A DNA stretch of 64,000 bases from a virus (IMGVR_UViG_3300037493_003061:789-64788); one strand, 5' to 3'; shown: positions 52,425 to 61,759, counted from the first letter of the stretch. The notes: a model not told the origin generated them from the letters alone. Program-made: numbers and translations.

Positions 52425-53163
52425 ACTCAGCCCCAAAGGAAACATCAAATGTTACCAATTCTCCTGACGGGGCGATTACGTTTCTCTTTAAATCCAAAGA
52501 CGGTTGATTGTCACTAATAAATTTTCTTATATATTTTGAATCCATAATTGGTAATGAATCAACAAATTTTGATATATATCCTCTATCAGTATTACCATCA
52601 ACAGACACTATTATCTTATTTAATCTCCAAGTTATTTTTGGTGCTACCATTCCAGCTGGATATTCTTCAGATTGTCTATCCAATTCAACTATTTCACTAA
52701 ATGTTAAAGGTTTTAATTGAACCGTTAACTCACTTTTAGGTAATTTAGTTGTAAACAGACCATTTTCATCTGGTTTATGTTCACTTTGTTTAATATTTAA
52801 AGATTCCAAATATTCAGTATGTGAAAAATACTTGTTGGTAGCAGGGTCTAATAATTGAACACCATATTCAGGACCAAATGACGTATTTCTCAAAAATATT
52901 AAAATTGCTTCAACATCACCTTCTAATAATTCGTCAGGTCTTAAATCAGGTTCATAAATTTTATTTCTTAATAAACCAATAACAATATTTTCTTTAGAAC
53001 TTCTATTAGAGTTCAATAAATAATTTTCATCATTCGCTGTTAAATAACCTACTTTAACCGATTTCTTTTTAGATTTATAATAAATCCCACCACTAGGTAA
53101 TATTACAACATCGTGAGGTAAATTAAAATTTTCTTGACCAGCTTGCATTAAACTTTGTTCCAT
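52405..53163 (-). CDS. Tail assembly chaperone / T4 gp26-like baseplate hub assembly protein
   Basis: LPSGG.YY, LTANDE..L, GD..AIL.FLR..SFG..Y, terminal FFRP; located between tube and tape measure. Confidence 0.7.
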   Translation of the reverse strand: MEQSLMQAGQENFNLPHDVVILPSGGIYYKSKKKSVKVGYLTANDENYLLNSNRSSKENIVIGLLRNKIYEPDLRPDELLEGDVEAILIFLRNTSFGPEYGVQLLDPATNKYFSHTEYLESLNIKQSEHKPDENGLFTTKLPKSELTVQLKPLTFSEIVELDRQSEEYPAGMVAPKITWRLNKIIVSVDGNTDRGYISKFVDSLPIMDSKYIRKFISDNQPSLDLKRNVIAPSGELVTFDVSFGAEFFRPFF

Positions 53164-53213
53164 ATTGTTTACTTTTATTCTAAATATAATTGGTATCAGT
53201 TTTTAATAAACAC

Positions 53214-53245
53214 AAAAAATCCACGCAAACCAAATTACGTGGATT
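53214..53245 (-). terminator. Terminator after the tail tube gene
   Basis: - strand AATCCACGT...GCGTGGATT followed by TTTT. Confidence 0.7.
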
Positions 53246-53265
53246 AATATTATTTGAAAATGATA

Positions 53266-53754
53266 TTAGTAAATCAATACACATCTATCAGGACGTAGAG
53301 TTGCATTAATCTCAGCAACACCATCCGTACTATATCCTAAAGAACCAAAGTCAATATCGGATAACCAAGCACCTTGAAGTAACCATTTTTCAATAACTAC
53401 ACCTGTTGGGTCCAACATTTCTAAGTAAACATCTTTTTTATAACCTGCGGCATATCCCATACGTCCAGTAACTGATTCAGCACATAAACGAACCCATTCC
53501 ATTAAAGCTTGTGATGCTGAAGGACCGATAGGGTCACGGAATTTAACACTGATAGTTCCCCATTCAAATCTACCCGCAACATATGTTGAAGTATTTAAGA
53601 AGTCAATTTTAGTTGTACCGATAGTTAATTTAGGTCTAGAAGTTGATTCAACGAACCATTCATTTATCCCTAGTGAAGAATCAAACCTTAATATAAACCT
53701 ATTTTGTCTTTTCGGTTCATAAGGTAGCGGCATTTTCATTAGTAAATCAGCCAT
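53266..53754 (-). CDS. Tail tube protein (T4 gp19-like)
   Basis: EPKRQNRF, YVAGR..W..I.V...DPI, YKKD..LEMLDPTG.VIEKW.L.GAW. Confidence 0.9.
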   Translation of the reverse strand: MADLLMKMPLPYEPKRQNRFILRFDSSLGINEWFVESTSRPKLTIGTTKIDFLNTSTYVAGRFEWGTISVKFRDPIGPSASQALMEWVRLCAESVTGRMGYAAGYKKDVYLEMLDPTGVVIEKWLLQGAWLSDIDFGSLGYSTDGVAEINATLRPDRCVLIY

Positions 53755-53788
53755 ATTTATTTATTTTAATTTTTGTTTATTTTTTTAT

Positions 53789-53796
53789 TATAAATA
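53789..53796 (-). promoter_or_regulatory. Putative late-promoter motif TATTTATA
   Basis: 35 nt upstream of the tail tube start. Confidence 0.55.
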
Positions 53797-53918
53797 TCAC
53801 TTGAAATAATTTTTCTATTTACTTCCAGAATTTAAAAAATTACTATTCTAGTATAAAAATTAGTTCTAGTTTATTATTTTAATATTATTTTATTTATTAT
53901 CTTTATTTAATAAATATA

Positions 53919-54743
53919 TTAATAAGGCTTTTTAGTTCCTCCATGCGTTGAAATTGTTTTAATTATATTTTCTGGGTCATCACCAAAATGTGATTTCACT
54001 TTTTCTAAATTTCTTAAATCATCATCCGAGAACCCTATTTGAGGAACAAAATTATTACTTATTTCATTTTTTAAGTAGGCTTTCTTTTTTAAGAATTTTG
54101 ACATTTCTTTAATATAATTAACAAATTCAGTTAATGCATCAATTTTACCTTGTTCCGGATTAGTTGCAGAACCATTACCATAAGTGACTGGATAAAACTT
54201 ACATAAATCAAGATACTCCTCAATCATTTCTTTTTTAGACATATTACCATAACCAGCTAAATCACGATATTTTTCTAAATTTTTAACTAATTCATTTGAA
54301 TTAATACCATTATGATTACTAGCAATAAAATTATAAACGGCTCCTTTAATAACTGACGGTGTATGACCTCTAGCGGTCACAATAGAAAATATTGACCCAT
54401 TATTAATTGCTTCCACAAAATCAGGCCATGCTGGTCCTAACTTCGCTAGCATAGAATCAATTATAAATTGTTTATCACCTTCTGTAGTGAAATATCTGAA
54501 AGGATTTGACGCAAAACCAACTATAGTATGTCCATCATACTCAAATGGTTCTTTACTGTCTAAATTACCTCTATATTTGGCAAAATCTTCAGTACCCATC
54601 GGTACTTCATTATCGTTATCATCCTTTAAAATAATTTTGGTTGGCATTTCTAAAATATTATCATCCCAATCAAATGCGTAGTATTTCATGTCAGGTGTTC
54701 CTGTTTCATCAAAACCTTCTTTTAAAATTTTAACCTTTCTCAT
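53919..54743 (-). CDS. HAD-superfamily phosphatase-like protein
   Basis: Motif I YAFDWDDNI, motif II IVTARG, conserved K (QGK), motif IV GFSDDD; probable start MRKVKILKE at 54743 because the longer start lies in a terminator. Confidence 0.7.
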   Translation of the reverse strand: MRKVKILKEGFDETGTPDMKYYAFDWDDNILEMPTKIILKDDNDNEVPMGTEDFAKYRGNLDSKEPFEYDGHTIVGFASNPFRYFTTEGDKQFIIDSMLAKLGPAWPDFVEAINNGSIFSIVTARGHTPSVIKGAVYNFIASNHNGINSNELVKNLEKYRDLAGYGNMSKKEMIEEYLDLCKFYPVTYGNGSATNPEQGKIDALTEFVNYIKEMSKFLKKKAYLKNEISNNFVPQIGFSDDDLRNLEKVKSHFGDDPENIIKTISTHGGTKKPY

Positions 54744-54764
54744 ACTTTTAAATATATCGTAAAT

Positions 54765-54794
54765 AAAAAAACCCTCTTTAATCAGAGGGTTTTT
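54765..54794 (-). terminator. Terminator after the endonuclease-like gene
   Basis: aaaaaccctct-ttaatc-agagggttttt. Confidence 0.75.
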
Positions 54795-54795
54795 A

Positions 54796-56316
54796 TCAAT
54801 AATTAATTTCAAATTTTAGTGAACCACAATCCCAAATTCTATCATAACCTTTCTCAATCATAATAGACCATTCAGTTTTTTCATTGGAAAATCCTTCTTT
54901 AACTAATAAATCTTTTCTAAAATTAAATCTATGATATCTATGTAAATAACAATTATTTTTAATATACCAATAATTTGGTGGTGTTTGATGTACATAAGTA
55001 AAACCATTTTTATAATACACGGTATTTTCGGGATTTAGACCTGACCAACGAATATCAGCATAAGTTTCTATTTTTTTAGGGTTAAATGTTTTAACAAAAA
55101 ATTTCAATAATTTAGAAAAACCACCAACAACGGTTATATTTTTTTTATTACAAAATCTAATTAATTCATATTCGTCAACTGTATTATTTTTGTTACCTAA
55201 AACTTTTCTTTTTTTACCAAAAGTCATTAATGACACTAATTCATTATTATAAAATAAACCAAATCTATGTTTATCTATACTGTTACCTTGTAAATGGTTT
55301 TCGTTTAAGAATTGTGTTGAAACTTTTTTATTAACTTCATTAATTTGACATTTTCTACCAAATATTAAGTCATTAGTTTTTAACATACTTGATAACCTTG
55401 AAAAGACAATATCAGTTTTTAGTATTATTTCATCCTCAAAAAATTGTAATAATTTAACATTTTTTTGATAAGATAATTTCATTTTGTCTAAATGATAATG
55501 TCTATCTTTTTCACCGGCATTTTCTGAATGATAATAATTACCATTTATTTCAATACCTAAATTGAATTCTGGTAAGTATAAATCTATTTCTTTACCATCT
55601 AAAATTTTTCTATCATTATCAATATGTTTAATATTATTTTTATTTAGATAATCTCTAACAATTTCTTCTAATTTAGAATTTTTAATGATGGGAAAACATT
55701 TTCGGCATATCGGTATTTTACCTGAGCCTAATATAGTACTTGAAAATATATTTTCACAAATATTACATTGAAAACTATAAGACATTGAGGTATTACCACT
55801 TTTATTAACCGAGTACTCATCAAGTAATGTTAAATTACCTTCACCTAATCGTGGTATTAAATGAGTTAAATGTTTTTCTTTAACAGTATTTTTTAATTTA
55901 TTAACCATATTATGGTCGTACATTGGATGTTCAACACCATATTTTTCAATAAAATTTTTTTTATAATTTAACTTAAATTCTTTTGTATCAAAAAAACTTT
56001 CAGCTCCGTATTTAACCTGTAAACTTTCTTTTGACTTTAATAATCTATTTTTTTTATTATCCTCTTTTTTAGACCATATTAAACGACATTCGTGAGAACA
56101 CATGGTTTTATTATGTTTTTTTCTTTCAATAAATTCTACACCACATTGTACACAATTTCGTTTTTCTCTAACTGATTCGTCTTTTGGTTTACCCAATAGA
56201 TTATTTTTTTTAGCATAACCAAAATAACAACTTCTATTACAGAATTTTTTATCTCTGTGTTTATAATCAGTGGTAAATATATTATTACAATTTTGACATT
56301 TTAAATCTATTTTCAT
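54796..56316 (-). mobile_element. Homing-endonuclease-like gene (Zn ribbons + Vsr/DUF559-like PD-(D/E)XK nuclease + GNAT/Mom-like C-domain; Hef-like)
   Basis: Several CxxC pairs, KYG repeats, EIDLY...GIEINGNYYH, ELIRFC...GGFSKLL...YAD.RWS...Y.KNGF; probable start MKIDLKC at 56316. Confidence 0.65.
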
Positions 56317-56384
56317 TGGTAAAATATTAATGATAATTACGAGTACCTCTCTACATATAAATATACGAAAATACATAAAAAAAC

Positions 56385-56413
56385 AAAACCCCCTAAAAAA
56401 TTAGAGGGTTTTT
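56385..56413 (-). terminator. Terminator after the tail sheath gene
   Basis: aaaaccccctaa-aaaa-ttagagggtttt. Confidence 0.7.
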
Positions 56414-56437
56414 GTGTAAATAAATCAATTAAATATA

Positions 56438-59400
56438 TTAAATATTTTCAAATGACGCACCTGTTGGTGTGATATAAAAGGTGATATCAATAAATTCTAA
56501 CGATTTCGTTGGTTTTATGTATATTTTACCTGTCATTTGGTTTCTATCTAAATCGGCAGAATCTGAAGAAACTGTTACACGGAAATCGTATAAACCTCTA
56601 TCTCTTCGGATACCATCCAATATTGGATTCACAGCATTTAAGAAATCTTGTCTTACTTTTTCATCGTTTTGTTCAAACAACAATCTAACTGAAACCGCTG
56701 AAATTAATTTACGAGCTTGTAATAACAATCTTCTTACGTTGATTCTATCAAGAGCAGATTCTTTAATCTGAAGAGTTTTGTTACCCCAAATAACTGTACC
56801 AACATCTGAGAAGGTTGCAATTGGGTTAATTCTTCCTTTGTAAAGAACATCTCTATCTTCTTGAGTCAATTTCTTACGAGCTTTGATTGAACTCACGATA
56901 CCTCTCGTATAACCCGCAGCCGCGAACCAAGGGAACGCTACGTTATCCGTTAACGCTAAGTTTTTAGTGACCTCACCTGTTGGTGGTAAGTAGATTTGTG
57001 TGTTATTAACAGTATCTCTTACTAAAATCCATGGGTAATAAGTTGCTGTGTAGTTAGAATCAATTCCTGAAGTCTCCAAATTATCAACCGCTTCTTGTGG
57101 GTAAATTAAATCTGTTGGGTCACCTAATGAAGGTGTAAACATGTTATAATCAGGTGTTGTTGTGATATAGACAGAATCCGCTCTATTGAATTCTATCATT
57201 TCAATAGCACTACCAACTAAATCTGAGTTATTAACATAATCAATACCAGGTGTTACGAATACATTGATGTTAACCGCTTCAGGATTAGAGAATGTTTGAA
57301 TTCCTAATAAGTAAGCGTAGTAATCGGTATTTGCGTAATCCACTCTGTTTTGACCAACAGTTATTTGTTTAAATGCACCCCAACCAGTAGCTGTAGGATA
57401 TTTTAATGTTGGACAAGAACCTTTTAAATAACCAGTTCTACCTAACACATATCTGTCTGAGTTTGTTCTATATTCTCTATATATGTCCCATCCGTCAAAA
57501 CCACCACCAACTAAGAATGAGAATTTTCTAGCATATAATCTGTAGTATGGATTTGATTCATTGTCAGGGTCTGATGTAAATTCGGCATCACCACAAACGA
57601 ATTCAGGAGTACCACTCGTTACAAACGAATTTGGTATAGTTATAACACTAGCGTTTTTATCCATATGGAATCCTTTAGTTCTATAAGACCATTCAGGACC
57701 TGTTATCGCATCACATAATGATGTATTTGGTATTTGTTTACCTTTATATTGGTAGAAATCAGTATCTATACCAACAGTATTTGAGATACCTAAGTAAGTT
57801 CTTCTAACATTATCACCAGGACTTGTTGAAACCGCGTTTGAACCTGTTGATAAACCAAATGGTGGGTCAAAAACAACTTCACCAGGATAATCGTATTTAG
57901 ATTTAATTAATGGGAACGGTGAACGACTTCCTGCATATTCTCTTGTTGTGTATCCTTGGAATCCACATGGTAATGCGTCAATCGGTGCGTCTTCATTAAG
58001 TTCAACCATTACATATTTAGAATTCAATTGGTATTCACCATCAGATGTACCAACTTTTTTACCAATGAAATTGTTATCACCAGGGTTCATATTACAATTA
58101 GTAAATTTCTCAATAACAACAGGATTGTTATCCGTATCAAAGAAATCTCTAACTAATACGTCAAATGTTCCGTTGTTAAACGATATATTTGCAATAGAAA
58201 TTTTTACTTCAGTGTTAGCATCATTACCATCAGAAATGGTGATAAATTTAAACAAGTTAAATACTTTAGAACCTCTCAATTCAGATACAACCCATGGAGA
58301 TGATGGTGATTGATATTTTTCTAAGTAGAAACCAATTGAACTAGTACTTTCACTTCTTGCAGAATCTAAAGCATTTAACTCACAATTTAAACCTCTAATA
58401 TAACCTTTTCGGTATGCGTTAATTAACAAAGTTGCATATGATTCCTCAATAAATAATGGAACAGATTCTTTATCTTTACCAAAATTAGATTTACCAAAAA
58501 CTTTACTAAGATATTTTGAGTCTGAACTAGATAACGAAGTTTCAAAGAATAAATTAGTACCATCAGATTTAGTTACATTTAAACCAAACGTTGAGAATGG
58601 GTTTTTAGTAACACCTGAATAACCACCTGTACACACCATTTCAACATCAGTTAATCCTGATACTTCATAAACAGCACCATCGTCGGTACCATAAGTAGCT
58701 AAACCTCTTGAACGCATTGTCGCAATAACCAAATCATCGTAATCTGTGTAAGCAGTTCCTGAATACACATAAATTCTACCCATTAACGTACCCGTATAAC
58801 AATGAACAGGTTTTGCTGTTGTAGTTGTTGTAGTTGTAGTTGGAACAGGTGTAACACAAGGATTAGTTGTTGTGGTAGTTGTTGTTGGTGCTATTGTTGT
58901 TGTTGTTATAATAGGTACTAATGTTAAATCAGTAACAATTGACCAAAAAGAATAACCTGAATAAACACTATTACCAACATTATCAAATAATGCATAGTAC
59001 CAAGAATCATTTTTAGGGGCTGTGTAATCAGCACTTAATGAATCAATACCATCAACATCAAATACGTTAGTTGAACCAGTAAAAGCTGATAACCCAACAT
59101 ATGCTGAATAAGGTATTGTACCATAATAATTAATTGAACTTAATTCTGTTGATGGTTCATTTAAAATATTAAAAATTTGAAGTTTAATGTCAGTATTTAA
59201 TGTTGAAATACTGTTATCAAAATTTTCATATGGTAAATAAAGTTTAGTTGCAATTTCGTCAGGAAATTGTGTTGGGTCTAAGAACGTGATACCGTCAATA
59301 CTATTAGTACATCCTGAGAAATCAATTGCAAAATCAATCGTTTTGAAATCAACACATTCAGTTACACAATCAACTGTTGTTGCACTTTCACAATAAAAAT

Positions 59401-59764
59401 CAACCGTTGATTTATCAACGTTTGCTTTAGTTAATATAGACCATGAAGGTCCCGCGTCGTACCCCGATAATCCTAATATTCTAGTCACAAACAATTGATT
59501 AGATTGTTGTAAATAAGATTTCGCAATGTAAGACGCTTCATACTTAGGAATTTGTGTATTCACAAATTTTTCAGGTGATGTACCCCCAAAATACGATGTA
59601 AACTCATCAAAGTTAGTGATAAAAATAGGTTCAAATGCGGGACCTTTTAAAGTTTCCCCTACTATACCTAATGTAGTAACACCAACACTCTGAGCTACAA
59701 AACTCAAATCAACCTCGGATGTATAAACTCCGGGTGATACGAATACTTTACTGTTTGTCGCCAT
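56438..59764 (-). CDS. Contractile tail sheath protein with large insertion domains
   Basis: FVSPGVYTSEVD, GETLKGPAFEP, YTATYYPW, PWFAAAGYTRG, INPI, WGNKTLQ, DRINVRRLL, FEQND. Confidence 0.97.
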   Translation of the reverse strand: MATNSKVFVSPGVYTSEVDLSFVAQSVGVTTLGIVGETLKGPAFEPIFITNFDEFTSYFGGTSPEKFVNTQIPKYEASYIAKSYLQQSNQLFVTRILGLSGYDAGPSWSILTKANVDKSTVDFYCESATTVDCVTECVDFKTIDFAIDFSGCTNSIDGITFLDPTQFPDEIATKLYLPYENFDNSISTLNTDIKLQIFNILNEPSTELSSINYYGTIPYSAYVGLSAFTGSTNVFDVDGIDSLSADYTAPKNDSWYYALFDNVGNSVYSGYSFWSIVTDLTLVPIITTTTIAPTTTTTTTNPCVTPVPTTTTTTTTAKPVHCYTGTLMGRIYVYSGTAYTDYDDLVIATMRSRGLATYGTDDGAVYEVSGLTDVEMVCTGGYSGVTKNPFSTFGLNVTKSDGTNLFFETSLSSSDSKYLSKVFGKSNFGKDKESVPLFIEESYATLLINAYRKGYIRGLNCELNALDSARSESTSSIGFYLEKYQSPSSPWVVSELRGSKVFNLFKFITISDGNDANTEVKISIANISFNNGTFDVLVRDFFDTDNNPVVIEKFTNCNMNPGDNNFIGKKVGTSDGEYQLNSKYVMVELNEDAPIDALPCGFQGYTTREYAGSRSPFPLIKSKYDYPGEVVFDPPFGLSTGSNAVSTSPGDNVRRTYLGISNTVGIDTDFYQYKGKQIPNTSLCDAITGPEWSYRTKGFHMDKNASVITIPNSFVTSGTPEFVCGDAEFTSDPDNESNPYYRLYARKFSFLVGGGFDGWDIYREYRTNSDRYVLGRTGYLKGSCPTLKYPTATGWGAFKQITVGQNRVDYANTDYYAYLLGIQTFSNPEAVNINVFVTPGIDYVNNSDLVGSAIEMIEFNRADSVYITTTPDYNMFTPSLGDPTDLIYPQEAVDNLETSGIDSNYTATYYPWILVRDTVNNTQIYLPPTGEVTKNLALTDNVAFPWFAAAGYTRGIVSSIKARKKLTQEDRDVLYKGRINPIATFSDVGTVIWGNKTLQIKESALDRINVRRLLLQARKLISAVSVRLLFEQNDEKVRQDFLNAVNPILDGIRRDRGLYDFRVTVSSDSADLDRNQMTGKIYIKPTKSLEFIDITFYITPTGASFENI

Positions 59765-59824
59765 TATTTTTTGGTTTTTTTATTTATTTATTTTATTTTA
59801 TTGATAAATATTCTGAAAAAAACC

Positions 59825-59884
59825 AAAGTACTTTACTTCGTATGAAGTATTTATAAATTAGGTAGAATATATTCTGCCTTTTTT
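59825..59884 (+). promoter_or_regulatory. Divergent promoter region with three palindromes and a + strand TATTTATA
   Basis: aaagtacttt, acttcgtatgaagt, tatttata (59848-59855), aggtagaatatattctgcct followed by a T-run. Confidence 0.5.
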
Positions 59885-59889
59885 CTACT

Positions 59890-60054
59890 ATGGATAATGA
59901 AGGTAAAGAGATAAAAAATTTAAAAATTTCAAAAGAGGCACATGATGTCCTAAAGAAGTATTGCGAAAAACGTGGTGTTAAAATTTACAGGTTTCTTGAA
60001 AAGTTGATTATGGATAAGTGTAAAGACCCGAAAGATATATATGGTGAGAATTAA
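59890..60054 (+). CDS. Small ribbon-helix-helix-like DNA-binding protein (54 aa, not in the ORF track)
   Basis: MDNEGKEIKNLKISKEAHDVLKKYCEKRGVKIYRFLEKLIMDKC...: alternating beta strand, helix, G-turn, helix. Confidence 0.65.
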   Translation: MDNEGKEIKNLKISKEAHDVLKKYCEKRGVKIYRFLEKLIMDKCKDPKDIYGEN

Positions 60055-61088
60055 ATTAATTTACTATTTAATTCTATCAAACTTTCTTTAGTGTCGTCAT
60101 TTTTAATAACCTCAATACGTAATCTATCATTGGTATTGATTTGTATTAACGTTAAATCACTACCATAATAATCGTCATTAATATAAACATCAAATGTGTT
60201 GATGTTAGATATATTACCAATATTAATATCAACCGTATAATTAAACAATTCTGTTAAAATATTATTACCCACAACAAATAATGCGGTAGTTGATAAATTA
60301 TCAGGATTTGAATTTTCGTGTTTAGCTTTTTTAGGTTTATTTGTTGATAACTCTAAAACTTGTAAAACTCTTGAGATTGCCGGTGAAACTTCAAATTCAT
60401 CTTCATCAATTATAAACCCTAACATTGTGAATTCATAACTTTGTACATAATATTTTCTTTTTTCAATGTCTGAAACTGATTCGTCAGTTATCCCACCCAT
60501 AATGATGGGTATATAATGACCTTTAATATTGGCGTATGCTTGTCTTGATGAAAATTTCTCTAAAACAATTTGATTAAATTTGTTTAACTCTCTCATTCTA
60601 TTACAAACAATCTTAACTTGAAATGTAATATCAACAGGAACGGGTTGGGGTATTTTATATATGTCCATACCATTTCTTTGACCGTCCCAAGTAGGTACTT
60701 GAGCATAGAAAAATTGTTTTCGGTTTGGTATTGTGTAAACAGTTGATGGATTTGTCCCGTATTTAACTTCAGGTATTCTTACCACAGTTATAAATGGGGG
60801 TTCAACGTTTTTATCAATATTTTGAATATCCCAAGTTTGTGCGAATTGAGCCCAATTTTGTGTTGTGATTAAAATATCAATCGTTGGGATTACTTTACCT
60901 GAAACTACAGTTTTTAAATCGTTTTTAACAAAATCTAACATACCACCATCCAAATCAGCATGAAGAATTGATTTAGGAAGGTATGTACCATCTCTATTAA
61001 TTTTATCAACTAACTCTTCTCTTCTTGGATAAAGAGATTTCTCATCCGTTAATGGAATATGTTTTTTTATTTTTTTAGGTAAAGCCAT
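60051..61088 (-). CDS. Tail terminator / sheath stabiliser (T4 gp15-like neck protein)
   Basis: PFITVVR, PQPVPVDITFQVKI...ELN.F...V.EKF; position upstream of the sheath gene. Confidence 0.55.
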   Translation of the reverse strand: MALPKKIKKHIPLTDEKSLYPRREELVDKINRDGTYLPKSILHADLDGGMLDFVKNDLKTVVSGKVIPTIDILITTQNWAQFAQTWDIQNIDKNVEPPFITVVRIPEVKYGTNPSTVYTIPNRKQFFYAQVPTWDGQRNGMDIYKIPQPVPVDITFQVKIVCNRMRELNKFNQIVLEKFSSRQAYANIKGHYIPIIMGGITDESVSDIEKRKYYVQSYEFTMLGFIIDEDEFEVSPAISRVLQVLELSTNKPKKAKHENSNPDNLSTTALFVVGNNILTELFNYTVDINIGNISNINTFDVYINDDYYGSDLTLIQINTNDRLRIEVIKNDDTKESLIELNSKLI

Positions 61089-61247
61089 TTATTTTGGTTC
61101 ATTATTATGTCTACATTTATGACAAATATACGGGTCATCTCCACCATCATCCAAACTCCAATTCCAATTACATTTATCACAAAATACTTCGTTATCAATA
61201 ATACTTTCAATTAGTTTATACTGTGATTCGGTTAAAATAAGTTTCAT
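61089..61247 (-). CDS. 52-aa zinc-ribbon protein (not in the ORF track)
   Basis: MKLILTESQYKLIESIIDNEVFCDKCNWNWSLDDGGDDPYICHKCRHNNEPK; start overlaps the upstream stop and its own stop abuts the next ATG. Confidence 0.7.
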   Translation of the reverse strand: MKLILTESQYKLIESIIDNEVFCDKCNWNWSLDDGGDDPYICHKCRHNNEPK

Positions 61248-61759
61248 AATCCTCTAAATTCATTTGGTCCAACTGGAGATGCAATTATTGTTCTATAAAA
61301 TGGTTTATATCCACCATAAGTATGTTTGTTATCTGAAACAACACGACCATCGTTATTTACGGTATAATACCTAACTAATGTTTCAGTTTCATAATAACCG
61401 ATATAATCACCGTATTCAATATCAATTTCTAATTCTTCCAAATGAGATTGATAAACCGATACACGAATATTACCCGGTTCAAATTGTTCAATTTTAGAAT
61501 TACCAACATTTTTATTCTCAGGAGCCATAACTTGAACATATCCCTTGAATTCAATTGGGGGTAAAAACTTAACCCCATCACTTACAGTTTCACCATAAAC
61601 GTTGTCGGTAATTGTTTTTTGTTTATCAACCTTGTATAAAACTAATGTGAAGTTCATGTCGCCATGCAACCATTCTTCACCCATTGAGATGTCCAAATTG
61701 TAATCTTCCGCACCGAAAAATTTACCTAATCTTGTTATTGGTACTCTATTTTCTGACAT
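61244..61759 (-). CDS. Head closure / neck protein (T4 gp14-like)
   Basis: T.DNVYGET...F.PP.E, I..GD.I..Y.V motifs; neck context. Confidence 0.55.
   Translation of the reverse strand: MSENRVPITRLGKFFGAEDYNLDISMGEEWLHGDMNFTLVLYKVDKQKTITDNVYGETVSDGVKFLPPIEFKGYVQVMAPENKNVGNSKIEQFEPGNIRVSVYQSHLEELEIDIEYGDYIGYYETETLVRYYTVNNDGRVVSDNKHTYGGYKPFYRTIIASPVGPNEFRGL

Noticed and set aside
54744-54812. N-terminal extensions in the ORF track (54812; likewise 56376, 32091, 4532)
   Set aside because: They run through terminators, promoter motifs or upstream genes; downstream ATGs fit better.
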